Virus record (IMG/VR): IMGVR_UViG_3300037420_001231
Location: 1 to 63,968 of that record
Strand: one strand, 5' to 3'
Source: a virus
Taxonomy: Duplodnaviria; Caudoviricetes
Length of the DNA stretch: 63,968 nucleotides
Shown here: positions 55,360-63,954 of the stretch, piece after piece
Layout: every line of letters begins with the position of its first letter
Numbering within the stretch: position 1 is the first letter of the stretch
Translations under genes and position numbers: made by a program
The notes under the pieces: generated by a model
Told to the model about the DNA's origin: nothing
The model's database searches: none
The model's input: only the letters and a program-made list of their open reading frames with translations

Positions 55360-56391
55360 TTACGCCACCGTCGCGGACAGAACGGCGTTCGGCCGATACG
55401 GCACGAGAAGCGGCGCGCTCTGCATCAGCAGAAGGCGGCGCGACGGGTCCGGCACCGTCCACGATTTGACGAAATACTGGCGGGCCTCAATTCCGGCGTC
55501 CAAGTCGCGGATGGCGCCGAAGTGGCGGACACCATCGATTCCCGGCGAGCCGACGAGGACCGTGTTGGCCGGGAGCACCGTCTTAACCGCGCCATCCTCC
55601 GGGTCCGTGTAGGAGTTGGAGTAGGTGTAAAGCGCGAGGTCGCCAACGCGGCCAACGTAGCGCGGGCCAGCGCGCGGCTTGACGGTGGGGCCGGTTTCGA
55701 TGCTGGCGGGCGCGAGTTCACGGCGCCGGATGTCCACAAGCTTGTCAAAGCCCGGGTCCGTTTTCAGCAGCTTCCACGCATCCGTGGTCATGACCGCCAT
55801 GGTGGGCGCAATGCCCGTGGCGTCCATGACATCTTGCGCCCAATCTTCAAGATTCTGAATCATGAAGTCGGCGCCGTCCACCCACGCCGCGCCGCCCGCG
55901 AGAACCTTGCGGAGCGAAGCGTCACGGCCGAAGCTGACAACCTTCTCGGGGTAGCCTTCACCCGAAATAGTGGACTGGCCGAGCGCGAGCACTTCGCCCG
56001 CCATGACCTCAAAGCGCCGGTTGAGCATGGTGATTTGCTCGTCCAGCGAAAAGGCAACGCTCGCCTGTAGGCGCTGGGCCGGAGTCAGCGAGCCGCCAAT
56101 CTTCTCGCCCGGGAGGCGCCGGAACGCCTTGTTGGGGTCGAAAACGCGCTTGTCCTTCGCATAGGCGGGCTTGAACGAGTCCGTTTCATAGCCCTGCTCA
56201 GCGATGATGCGGCCTTCCACGAGCGGCGAAACGAACGGCGTAATAAGCTTACGCTGAGTCGTCTTGTCGAAGTAGATGGTTTCCTCAGTGGACTGCGCAA
56301 CCTCCGGGAAGAAGGTTTCCACGAGCCACTGTGTGTCATCCACGCGCTGGTCAACAACGCGATTGAGGACGGCGGTTTCAAAAAGGTCCAT
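55360..56391 (-). CDS. Major capsid protein (lambda gpE family)
   Basis: FFP, PFVSP, FKPAY.K.K, KSW...DPS......QSAPL. Confidence 0.93.
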   Translation of the reverse strand: MDLFETAVLNRVVDQRVDDTQWLVETFFPEVAQSTEETIYFDKTTQRKLITPFVSPLVEGRIIAEQGYETDSFKPAYAKDKRVFDPNKAFRRLPGEKIGGSLTPAQRLQASVAFSLDEQITMLNRRFEVMAGEVLALGQSTISGEGYPEKVVSFGRDASLRKVLAGGAAWVDGADFMIQNLEDWAQDVMDATGIAPTMAVMTTDAWKLLKTDPGFDKLVDIRRRELAPASIETGPTVKPRAGPRYVGRVGDLALYTYSNSYTDPEDGAVKTVLPANTVLVGSPGIDGVRHFGAIRDLDAGIEARQYFVKSWTVPDPSRRLLLMQSAPLLVPYRPNAVLSATVA

Positions 56392-56419
56392 GCTTCAAAC
56401 TCCCAAGCGCCGTTGCGCG

Positions 56420-56809
56420 TTAACCGATGACAGAGCGGAAATAGATGTCCTTGGCGCGGAGGGCGTCCTCCACGCTGGCGGCGGTGTGACCCGCGCCGAA
56501 CGTGACCGCGGCGGGGTTGAACTCGCCCGCAATCGCAATGGCGGCCTCAACGTCCGCGGCAGTGGCATCCACCGGCTCCAACAGGATTGCATCCGGGTCC
56601 TCCGAGCCGTCCACGGCGGCCGCGACTGACTTGAGATACTTTCCCGAAGCCGTGATTTTGCCCAACAGCGTGCCGCGGGGGAGGACACCGGCGCCGCTCG
56701 CAATGGTGCGCTTGCGGGTTTTGGTGTCCACATCATACAGCTTGTCCGGCGTGTAGGTCCCGGCGTTGTCCACGCCACCGGCGTTGATGTTGTCGAAAGG
56801 CGTGCCCAT
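56420..56809 (-). CDS. Head decoration protein D
   Basis: L.RGT.LG.IT..GKY, DGSE.P.AIL, GEFN. Confidence 0.88.
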   Translation of the reverse strand: MGTPFDNINAGGVDNAGTYTPDKLYDVDTKTRKRTIASGAGVLPRGTLLGKITASGKYLKSVAAAVDGSEDPDAILLEPVDATAADVEAAIAIAGEFNPAAVTFGAGHTAASVEDALRAKDIYFRSVIG

Positions 56810-56811
56810 GG

Positions 56812-58101
56812 TTACTTGCTCCCGGTAGCGGCTGCGGCCGCGGCTACGATTTCATTGGCCAGCTTCTCCGCCTCATCGGCGGCCTCCGGCGCTTCGCCCG
56901 AAATGCCCGCCTTGGAGGCGTGGCCTTCGTCGTTTTCCTTGAGGGCCTTGAGGCGCGCCTCTTCGTCGGCCTTGGCCTTGGCCTCTTCGTCGGCCTTGGC
57001 CTTGGCTTCGGCCTCAGCGGCCGCCTTGGCTTCGGCTTCGGCCTTGTCGGCCATCTGGACCGCAAACGCGGCCACGCTCACATTGCCGTTGATGGCCGCC
57101 GTGAGGTCCGCCGGGCTCGCGCCGTGGGCGGTCGCCAGCTTCGTGAGGGCGGCAACGCGCTCGCGCTCCGCTGCAACGGCCGCGGCGGCGTGGGCGTCAC
57201 GCTCTTCGGCGGTGAAAGTGGTGTCGGCCATAACTGCCAATGCTCCCGTATGTTGTCCGTGTTGACGCTCACTCGCGGCGAGTTCCGCGAGCACCGCCTC
57301 AAAAGAACCGATGGAGTCGGCCAAACCGGCCTCCACCGCTGCTTTCCCAACAAACGTGCCGCCAGCGCCGAACTTTGTAAGGACGGTTTCAGTAGCCACG
57401 CCGCGATTGCGGGCCACGGTTTCCACGAACACTTGGGCCATCGCATCAATGGTGGCCTGAATCTGATTCGCGGCCTCTTCCGTGCCGATGTCGGGGTTTT
57501 TCTTCGGGGATTGCGAGGAAACGAACCTATAGGACTTCTCACCCGCCTTGGGTGACGCAACGGTGGCGGCCATCTGGACGCCGATGGAGCCGAGCACCGC
57601 CGTGGGGCTCACCACAATCTTGTCCGCCGCGCTCGCAATCCAATAGGCGGCCGACGCGCCGGAGCCGTTGACATAGGCGACGATGGGCTTGGTGCCGCGC
57701 GCGTCATAAATCGCTTGCGCAAGTTCGTCCGCGCCGCTCACCACACCGCCCGGCGAGTCAATGTTGAGCATGATGCCGCGGATGGCCGGGTCATCAAGCG
57801 CCGCCTGAACATCCGCCATCATGATTGAGTAGGACGTAGCGCCGGAAATGGCCGTCATGAGGTTCGCGCGCTTGAAGAGCGCGCCGTTGGCATCAATGAT
57901 GGCCACGCCGTCACGGACGCGCGCTTGCTGGGCGCGCTCAAGCGACTTGGCCGCATACTTCTCAAGCGCCTCTTCGCTCACCTCGTGCTCGCGCGCGGCA
58001 ATCTCAAGCACGGTTTCAAGGGCGCGCTCTTCCATCGCCCAAACCGTGCTCATCGCCGCGTTAAGCGCGGTCACGCGCTCACTCTTTTTTGTCCGTGCCA
58101 T
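56812..58101 (-). CDS. S49 prohead protease with C-terminal scaffold
   Basis: IDSPGG, ASAAYWIASAAD, GSIGV, FV..VA.NRG. Confidence 0.92.
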   Translation of the reverse strand: MARTKKSERVTALNAAMSTVWAMEERALETVLEIAAREHEVSEEALEKYAAKSLERAQQARVRDGVAIIDANGALFKRANLMTAISGATSYSIMMADVQAALDDPAIRGIMLNIDSPGGVVSGADELAQAIYDARGTKPIVAYVNGSGASAAYWIASAADKIVVSPTAVLGSIGVQMAATVASPKAGEKSYRFVSSQSPKKNPDIGTEEAANQIQATIDAMAQVFVETVARNRGVATETVLTKFGAGGTFVGKAAVEAGLADSIGSFEAVLAELAASERQHGQHTGALAVMADTTFTAEERDAHAAAAVAAERERVAALTKLATAHGASPADLTAAINGNVSVAAFAVQMADKAEAEAKAAAEAEAKAKADEEAKAKADEEARLKALKENDEGHASKAGISGEAPEAADEAEKLANEIVAAAAAATGSK

Positions 58102-58104
58102 TTG

Positions 58105-59718
58105 TCAGCCTCCGCCGCTGTCACCGCCGGGGTCCGCCTCCGGCTTGGGAGGCTGGGGTGACGCCGGTTGGATGTTGAGTTCTTCGCGGATGGCGCACTC
58201 GCGCCCGCGTTGTTCCTGATTGGCGCGCCAATCGCCGCCGGTGGCCTCAACGGTCACCGACTCAATCGTCTTGACGCCCAAATCAATCCACTTTTCAGCG
58301 GCGTTGGCGTCCTTGACGGCATCAAGGACGATTGGCGCCCGGCCAATCCAATCCGAGCCGCCCCACGCGGCGCGCTTGATGGGGTCCTTGAGGTAGCCGG
58401 GCGCATCAACGATGCCGCGCACCACGCACTCATAGAGGAACCACTCATAAATGGGCTGGCAAAAGTCCGTGGCCAGCGCGTTGCGCCGGTCCGTGAAGAA
58501 CTGGCGCGCGGTTTCCAGCGCCGCCTTGCTGGCGGTGTAGCTGGACGAAAAGTGCATGATGAGCACTTCATAGGGGATGCCCAGCGCGATGCCGATTTGG
58601 CGGATGACCGCGAGGAAGAACGGGTCAAAGTTCGCGTTCGGCCGGTTCGGGTTGACGGTGGTGATGTCCTCGCCGGGCGCCAGTTCGGCAATCGTGCCCG
58701 AGCCGAGTTCCACCTCGCCGGTGCGCACCGCGCATGGGTTGGGGTCCGCGAGCCCGGTGAGGTCGTTGGTCGAGCCGGTTTCGTCGCCTTCGCTCTTGAT
58801 GAACACCGTGAAGAAGGCGGACACCACGGCGGCCATGAGTTCGGCCTCCGCGTAGCGGTCCAGTTGCTTGAGCGATTCGATGACCGGCGCGAGCATCGGC
58901 ACACCGCGGCTTTGCGCGATGCGGTCCACGTCCAAGAGGTGGACCATGAGCGGGAGCCCGTAGTCACCAACGGCCGGGATGCGCGCCCAATCTTGGGGCT
59001 CAAGCAAGAGTTGGTTTTGGAAGTCGCCCGGGTGCCGGTTGAGGACGTGATAAGCGAGGACCGCGCCATCTTCGTCCAACTCAATGCCGTCGCGGAGGTA
59101 GTAATCGTTTTGCCTGTCAATCGGCGTGCAAACCCGGTCCGCCTCAAGCAACTGGACGCATAGCGCGAGGAAGCTTGTGCCTTCCTTGTAGCGCCGGAGC
59201 GCGAACACGTCGCCCGAATCCCAAGCGCTCGTGAAGGCAACCGCCTGTTGCTGATAGAAGTTGAGGCGCCGGGCCACGTCCGCGTTCTTGGACTTGGCCC
59301 AAAGGTGGAAGAGCGTTTCCGTGCGGCGCTCCCACACCTCCGCCGCCTCTTCGCTGAGCCCCAGCAACTCGCGGTCCACCTTGGAGCGGAGCCGGATGCC
59401 CGAGCCCACAATGTTCGTCTTGGACGTGCCGCGTGCGCCGCGAGCAATCGGGGTGTTGCGGCCCAAATCGCGCGAGCGGGCGCGGAGGGTTTGGAGGTCC
59501 CCGATGGAGTCGGAGTCCGCCGAGCCCGCGAAGGGATTGAACTTGCGGAGGCTCGTTTTGTCCGTGCGCGCGCCGGTGAATTGCCCGGCGAAGTTCACGA
59601 GGAAGCGGTTGCGATACATAGCCGCGGCGCGGGCCGGGGCAAACAGCCCAACGGCGCGCTCCGTGAGCGTCATCTTGCTAAGGCTTTTCGGCACAACGTC
59701 CGTCACGGTGATGCTCAC
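58105..59718 (-). CDS. Portal protein, lambda family
   Basis: LRARSRDL.RN, LLEAD, GIE.D..G, RGVP.LAPV, SYTAS.AA, D..KD..A. Confidence 0.95.
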   Translation of the reverse strand: MSITVTDVVPKSLSKMTLTERAVGLFAPARAAAMYRNRFLVNFAGQFTGARTDKTSLRKFNPFAGSADSDSIGDLQTLRARSRDLGRNTPIARGARGTSKTNIVGSGIRLRSKVDRELLGLSEEAAEVWERRTETLFHLWAKSKNADVARRLNFYQQQAVAFTSAWDSGDVFALRRYKEGTSFLALCVQLLEADRVCTPIDRQNDYYLRDGIELDEDGAVLAYHVLNRHPGDFQNQLLLEPQDWARIPAVGDYGLPLMVHLLDVDRIAQSRGVPMLAPVIESLKQLDRYAEAELMAAVVSAFFTVFIKSEGDETGSTNDLTGLADPNPCAVRTGEVELGSGTIAELAPGEDITTVNPNRPNANFDPFFLAVIRQIGIALGIPYEVLIMHFSSSYTASKAALETARQFFTDRRNALATDFCQPIYEWFLYECVVRGIVDAPGYLKDPIKRAAWGGSDWIGRAPIVLDAVKDANAAEKWIDLGVKTIESVTVEATGGDWRANQEQRGRECAIREELNIQPASPQPPKPEADPGGDSGGG

Positions 59719-59963
59719 AGAGGCACCACCCGCGTGAAGCGAGTGCCGCCGCGCTGGCGCCGGGCAACTTTGGCCTCAAGGCGCTTGCGCTCGGGATACA
59801 TCCACCTGAGGTCCCCGCGCTGCATTTCGCGGTCCGCAATCTTGTAGCGTTGCGACTTCTCCGCCGCCGCAATCGCGTTGTTCAATTGAACAAGCTGCGA
59901 TTCCGGCGTCATGGCCGCGAGGGCGGCCGCTACATCGGCGGGAACGTCACTTGGATAGGCCAT
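59715..59963 (-). CDS. Head completion protein (gpW-like)
   Basis: Q.Y.I..R...R.DL......R..LE; precedes portal. Confidence 0.75.
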   Translation of the reverse strand: MAYPSDVPADVAAALAAMTPESQLVQLNNAIAAAEKSQRYKIADREMQRGDLRWMYPERKRLEAKVARRQRGGTRFTRVVPL

Positions 59964-60020
59964 TGCGCCACCATGCGGTGGCTCGGGCTAGGGGTCAGGG
60001 TTGGTTGGGTGGCCTTGGGG

Positions 60021-60094
60021 TGGATGCCCGGCGTGGATTCGAACCACGGTTAACAGCTTCAAAGGCCGCTGTCCTACCGCTAGACGAACGGGCA
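60021..60094 (-). tRNA. tRNA-Gln(UUG)
   Basis: TGCCCGT acceptor with U1-A72, D-arm GTCT/GGAC, anticodon loop CTTTGAA, T-arm CGTGG-TTCGAAT-CCACG, encoded CCA. Confidence 0.9.
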
Positions 60095-60105
60095 ATTTGG
60101 CGGTT

Positions 60106-60408
60106 TTAGAAGGCCACACGTTCAAGGGCGGTGTTCGTCACGATGCCGGGCAAGGCGCGAAGCAAGGCCGCATCTTTCGGGTCAATGACGATGCCCGCAT
60201 AATCCTCGCCAAGTCGATTTGCGAACGGCGTTTCCGGCCACGGGTCCACGGCTACAGTTCCAAAGCGCTTTGCCACCCAAAGGCGTCCGCGGCCGTTGCG
60301 TCCATGGCGACTCTCATATTCTTCGCGGAGATACTTAGGCCAACCCGCGCGGCTCGTGATGGCTTCGCAATCCCATTGGCTGGTCCACCAAATTAGCGGC
60401 TCCATCAC
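60106..60408 (-). CDS. Hypothetical protein (moron)
   Basis: Coupled to upstream HTH gene. Confidence 0.55.
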   Translation of the reverse strand: MMEPLIWWTSQWDCEAITSRAGWPKYLREEYESRHGRNGRGRLWVAKRFGTVAVDPWPETPFANRLGEDYAGIVIDPKDAALLRALPGIVTNTALERVAF

Positions 60409-60704
60409 ACCCGCACCTCGCCGCGCGGATAGCCCGGCAAAATCACGTCATCCATCGTGTGCGGCCGCGCGCCGTTGAGCATCATGCGGAGGGCCACCTC
60501 CGCCGTCGAACTCACCGGGCTCTTGCCGCTTTCCCACTTGGCAACATGCTCGCCGCCATATTTGTGCGAGAGGGCGAGCGCCCGGCCAAGCTCTTGCTTG
60601 GTGATTGGGCGGCCCAGCCCCCAAATCTCGCCCAGCCGCACACGCACATCCGCAATGTTGAGCGGCGTGGAGGCGTCCGGGACCTTATGTGATGTGCGTG
60701 CCAT
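60405..60704 (-). CDS. XRE-type HTH regulator (moron)
   Basis: IT..ELGRAL.L.......V.KWESG..PV; RBS AAAGGA. Confidence 0.7.
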   Translation of the reverse strand: MARTSHKVPDASTPLNIADVRVRLGEIWGLGRPITKQELGRALALSHKYGGEHVAKWESGKSPVSSTAEVALRMMLNGARPHTMDDVILPGYPRGEVRV

Positions 60705-60723
60705 CGTGCGAATCCTTTCGCGG

Positions 60724-60752
60724 TCAATATCCGTTAAATTGCCGGGTTTCAA
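60724..60752 (-). promoter_or_regulatory. Moron promoter overlapping the terL stop codon
   Basis: TTGAAA-CCCGGCAATTTAACGGA-TATTGA. Confidence 0.6.
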
Positions 60753-62728
60753 GCGCTCGCTCCCCGGGAAATCGTGCGCCGTCCTTTCCGGGCCACAGTG
60801 GGCGCCGGGAGCGGTTCCGGCGAGCGCCGCCGGGCCTCAGCTTGGGCGTTGAGCGCGATGAGCCGAGCCCGGATGTCCACCGGCGTGCTCTTGAGCGCCG
60901 CATAGGAATAGACACAGTTATCCCACGGCTCGTTGCGCTTGCCGTCCGGGCAATGCCACTCCTTGACCGGCCGCCCGAACTTATACTTGGTCACCGCCTT
61001 CTCCACGGTGAGCCCGTCAAAGTAGGCGTGGTCATACACGTCCAGCTTGGGAAAGTGGCAATAGCCCGGGGCGCCCACGGCCGGGTCATCGGCCGTGATG
61101 AGAAGGCGCGCTTGCATCACGCTCTTGGCTTGGTCCACGCCGATGATGAACACGTCTGTTTTCTTGGCCACGTTGCGCGTGGCCTTCTTCGGCCAAATCG
61201 GCTTGTTCGGCCCGGCGATGCCCTTGATTGCGAACACCCGCCGGTGGAAGCGCGGGCGGCAAAAATCATAGACGGCTTGCGTGTGGTGGCCGCCGGAGTC
61301 GATGCACGAAGCCTCCACCTTGAGCGTGGCGCCGGTGGGGTGCGGGAAGGTGCGCAAGAGCACCGCGTCCAGCGCCTCCCAATAGCCGGGCGTGCTCGGG
61401 TCCGCGTAGTGCACCACATAGTCCAGTGACCACCGCTCTTCATGCGCGCCCCAGCCTACGAGTTCGCACTCAAAGCGGTTGTCTTGGATGTCCACCGCGG
61501 CCACCACCATGCCCACCTTCGCCGGGAGCATTTCGGGCGTGTAATTCTCGCGGCGGCCGAAGAGCGTGGCCGGGTCCACCCGCTCGCCGCCGTCCTCCCA
61601 CGTTTCGGCAAGCACGGTGTTCACCCACGTCTTGAGCCGGTCCGGGAAAGGCTTGGCCTCTAGGAACTCTTTGACGATGCGATGGAGCGGCACGCGCTTC
61701 GACGCCAATTGCGAGGCGTGGAAGCTGGCGTGGCCCTTGAACTCTTTGGTGGCAACCCACCCGCCGTCCGGTAGCTTGCCCGCCTCCGTGATGGCCGCCA
61801 GCCGCTCGCTTTCCGTCCACGGCTTGCCGCACCCGAACTCGCCGGTGTGTGGGTCCGTCGCGTCCGCTTGGCACTCATAATGGGCGGTGTCGGGGTCCGC
61901 TTCGCCATCCTCGCCGGTGCGCCACTTCACGCCCTTCCAAACGAGCACTTGCCGGACGCCGCAATGCGGGCACGGCACATAGAACTTGCGCTGGTCACCC
62001 TCTTCATAGCTGGCCTCAATGCGGCTTTCGCCCTTGATGGTGGGCGTGCTGACCAAGCCAACCTTGCGGTTCCAAAAGGTGGTGGTGCGCTTCTCCGCGA
62101 GCCCTACCGGGTCGCCTTCCTTGCCCGCGCTCGCCGGGAAGCGGTCCACCTCATCGCAAAGCACAATCCGAATCGGGCGCGAGGCCAGTGACGCCGGTGC
62201 GTTCGCGCCGGTCATGTTCAGGCGGCCGCCGGGGAACGCCTTTTGGAGGATGGTGTCATTGGAGTCCCGGCTCTTGTTGGAGAAGATTTCCGTGAGCACG
62301 GGCGTGTCCCGAATCATCGGCGCCACGCGGTCCTTGGAGAAGGCTTCGGCCATTTCCACGGTGGGTTGGACCATGAGGATTGGCGCCGGGTCCCCGTGGA
62401 TGAAGTAACCGGCCGTATTGAGTAGCGCCTCCGTCTTGAGAATCTGAGCGGCGCACATGGCCGTCACCTTCTCAACCATGGGGTCACTAAAGGCGTCCAT
62501 GACGCCCTTGGCCATCGGCTCTTTGGACGTTTTCCACTTGCCCGGGAGCGCCGCGGACTCGGCGGAGAGGAAGCGGAACGTGTCCGCCCATTGCGAGACG
62601 GTGGTTTTGGGCGGCGGCATGTAAGCGCGCGCCAGCCCGCGCAACACGGCGGCCCTCAGCGCCTCGCGCTGGGGCTCCCGGATGCGCTCAACAACGGCAT
62701 AGGCTTTAGGAGGCGCCAGAGTCGTCAT
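60749..62728 (-). CDS. Terminase large subunit (lambda GpA family)
   Basis: AQILKT Walker A variant, DEVD, STPT, VPCPHCG, DIQD.R, IDSGGH, RNE..D..VY. Confidence 0.95.
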   Translation of the reverse strand: MTTLAPPKAYAVVERIREPQREALRAAVLRGLARAYMPPPKTTVSQWADTFRFLSAESAALPGKWKTSKEPMAKGVMDAFSDPMVEKVTAMCAAQILKTEALLNTAGYFIHGDPAPILMVQPTVEMAEAFSKDRVAPMIRDTPVLTEIFSNKSRDSNDTILQKAFPGGRLNMTGANAPASLASRPIRIVLCDEVDRFPASAGKEGDPVGLAEKRTTTFWNRKVGLVSTPTIKGESRIEASYEEGDQRKFYVPCPHCGVRQVLVWKGVKWRTGEDGEADPDTAHYECQADATDPHTGEFGCGKPWTESERLAAITEAGKLPDGGWVATKEFKGHASFHASQLASKRVPLHRIVKEFLEAKPFPDRLKTWVNTVLAETWEDGGERVDPATLFGRRENYTPEMLPAKVGMVVAAVDIQDNRFECELVGWGAHEERWSLDYVVHYADPSTPGYWEALDAVLLRTFPHPTGATLKVEASCIDSGGHHTQAVYDFCRPRFHRRVFAIKGIAGPNKPIWPKKATRNVAKKTDVFIIGVDQAKSVMQARLLITADDPAVGAPGYCHFPKLDVYDHAYFDGLTVEKAVTKYKFGRPVKEWHCPDGKRNEPWDNCVYSYAALKSTPVDIRARLIALNAQAEARRRSPEPLPAPTVARKGRRTISRGASA

Positions 62729-63290
62729 CTTCGGCCTCTTCCACGGCCGTTTCGGGCTCCGCGGCCACCTCCGGCCCCGGCGCCCACGAACGAATCTCCG
62801 TCAACGCCTCCAACACGGTCGATTCCACGTCCGCGAGCAAGTCCTCGCCCGCCTTGCGGTCCTCCGCGAGGTAGGTGAGCACCTTGGGGCGCAATTCATT
62901 GGGGATGGTGAGCAAGCGAGCCCGGACACGGGCATGTTCTTCGGCCACCACGCCCGCAACTTCGGAAATCGGGACCAAAATGCCCGCTTCCTTGGCCACT
63001 TGGACTTCGGCCTTGTCGGCTTGCGCAATCATCTTGCGCCGTTCGGCCTCTTCAATGGTTTCCGGGCCGCCGTCATCCTCTTCGCCGCCCGGTTTGGCAC
63101 GATTCGAGCGCTTGTCCTTGAGGCTCAGCTTGTTGGCGGCCATCCACTCAATGGCCTCGCGCGTTTCAAACTCCCATTCGGCGCTCTTGGAGCCCTCGCG
63201 GGTGAACGGCATGCCTTGGCCAATCCAAGCGGTGACCGTGGGCATGCTGATTCCGAGGATGTCCGCCAGTTGGCGGCGATTTACGCGCAC
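62706..63290 (-). CDS. Terminase small subunit (Nu1-like)
   Basis: VNRRQLADILGIS..TV..W...GMP winged HTH plus coiled coil. Confidence 0.9.
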   Translation of the reverse strand: MRVNRRQLADILGISMPTVTAWIGQGMPFTREGSKSAEWEFETREAIEWMAANKLSLKDKRSNRAKPGGEEDDGGPETIEEAERRKMIAQADKAEVQVAKEAGILVPISEVAGVVAEEHARVRARLLTIPNELRPKVLTYLAEDRKAGEDLLADVESTVLEALTEIRSWAPGPEVAAEPETAVEEAEDDDSGAS

Positions 63291-63814
63291 GGGCGGGCCA
63301 TCAATCCGCGGACGGTGGCCTCAAGGCCCTCCAAAGTGCGGTCATTGACCAACGCGAGGTCGGCCGGAGCGTCCAGTTGCTCGCTAACGTGGCCGCCAGC
63401 CTTGAGGCCGGGGCGCTCAATGCGCCAAATCTCGCCGCCGCGGCGCCGGATGAGGTCCACTTCGTTCGGGAAGCGCACGTCATCCACCACCACGCGGTCA
63501 AAGCGGTCCGCTTGGGCGGCCCAAAGCCGGAGCCAAATGTCCTTCTGGACGCAATCCCGGCCCCACTCCGTGCCAAGGGTGACCATGAGGTGGCGCGCGG
63601 TGACGCCCAACTCGGGGATGAGCGCTTCCTTGAGGTCGCCCTCAAGCATGCGCTCGCGGTCATCTTCGCAGAAACCGGCGTCCGCGAGCATCGTGCGGAG
63701 CATATTCTTGAGAGGGCCAGCGAACTTGACGCGGGTGAAGCCGAACTCGGAGGTGAGGACGTTGGCGACTACGCTTTTCCCGGAACCGGCGAGCCCGGTG
63801 AGGCCAATGAGCAT
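63281..63814 (-). CDS. Deoxynucleoside monophosphate kinase
   Basis: IGLTG.AGSGKS, FA.PLK, R.L...LGTEWGR, DDVRFPNE, H.SE. Confidence 0.9.
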   Translation of the reverse strand: MLIGLTGLAGSGKSVVANVLTSEFGFTRVKFAGPLKNMLRTMLADAGFCEDDRERMLEGDLKEALIPELGVTARHLMVTLGTEWGRDCVQKDIWLRLWAAQADRFDRVVVDDVRFPNEVDLIRRRGGEIWRIERPGLKAGGHVSEQLDAPADLALVNDRTLEGLEATVRGLMARPCA

Positions 63815-63954
63815 GGATTTTCCTCAATTTGCTAGGTGGACACACGCCCAATGCCCGTTTTTTTGCCGGTTTTCGGGGCTGTTACGGTAGCCCCGGCGAT
63901 TTTCCCCTTAGAAACAACCTTGGAAAAAAAGTTCACACCTAGGGGGGTTCCGGG

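Noticed and set aside
56960-57050. Short tandem repeats GGCCTTGGCC/TCTTCGTC
   Set aside because: They encode the AKADEE coiled-coil repeats of the scaffold; not a CRISPR or regulatory array
60021-60094. Stop-codon reassignment or suppressor tRNA
   Set aside because: The anticodon is TTG (Gln), and all core genes are intact under the standard code with all three stops in use
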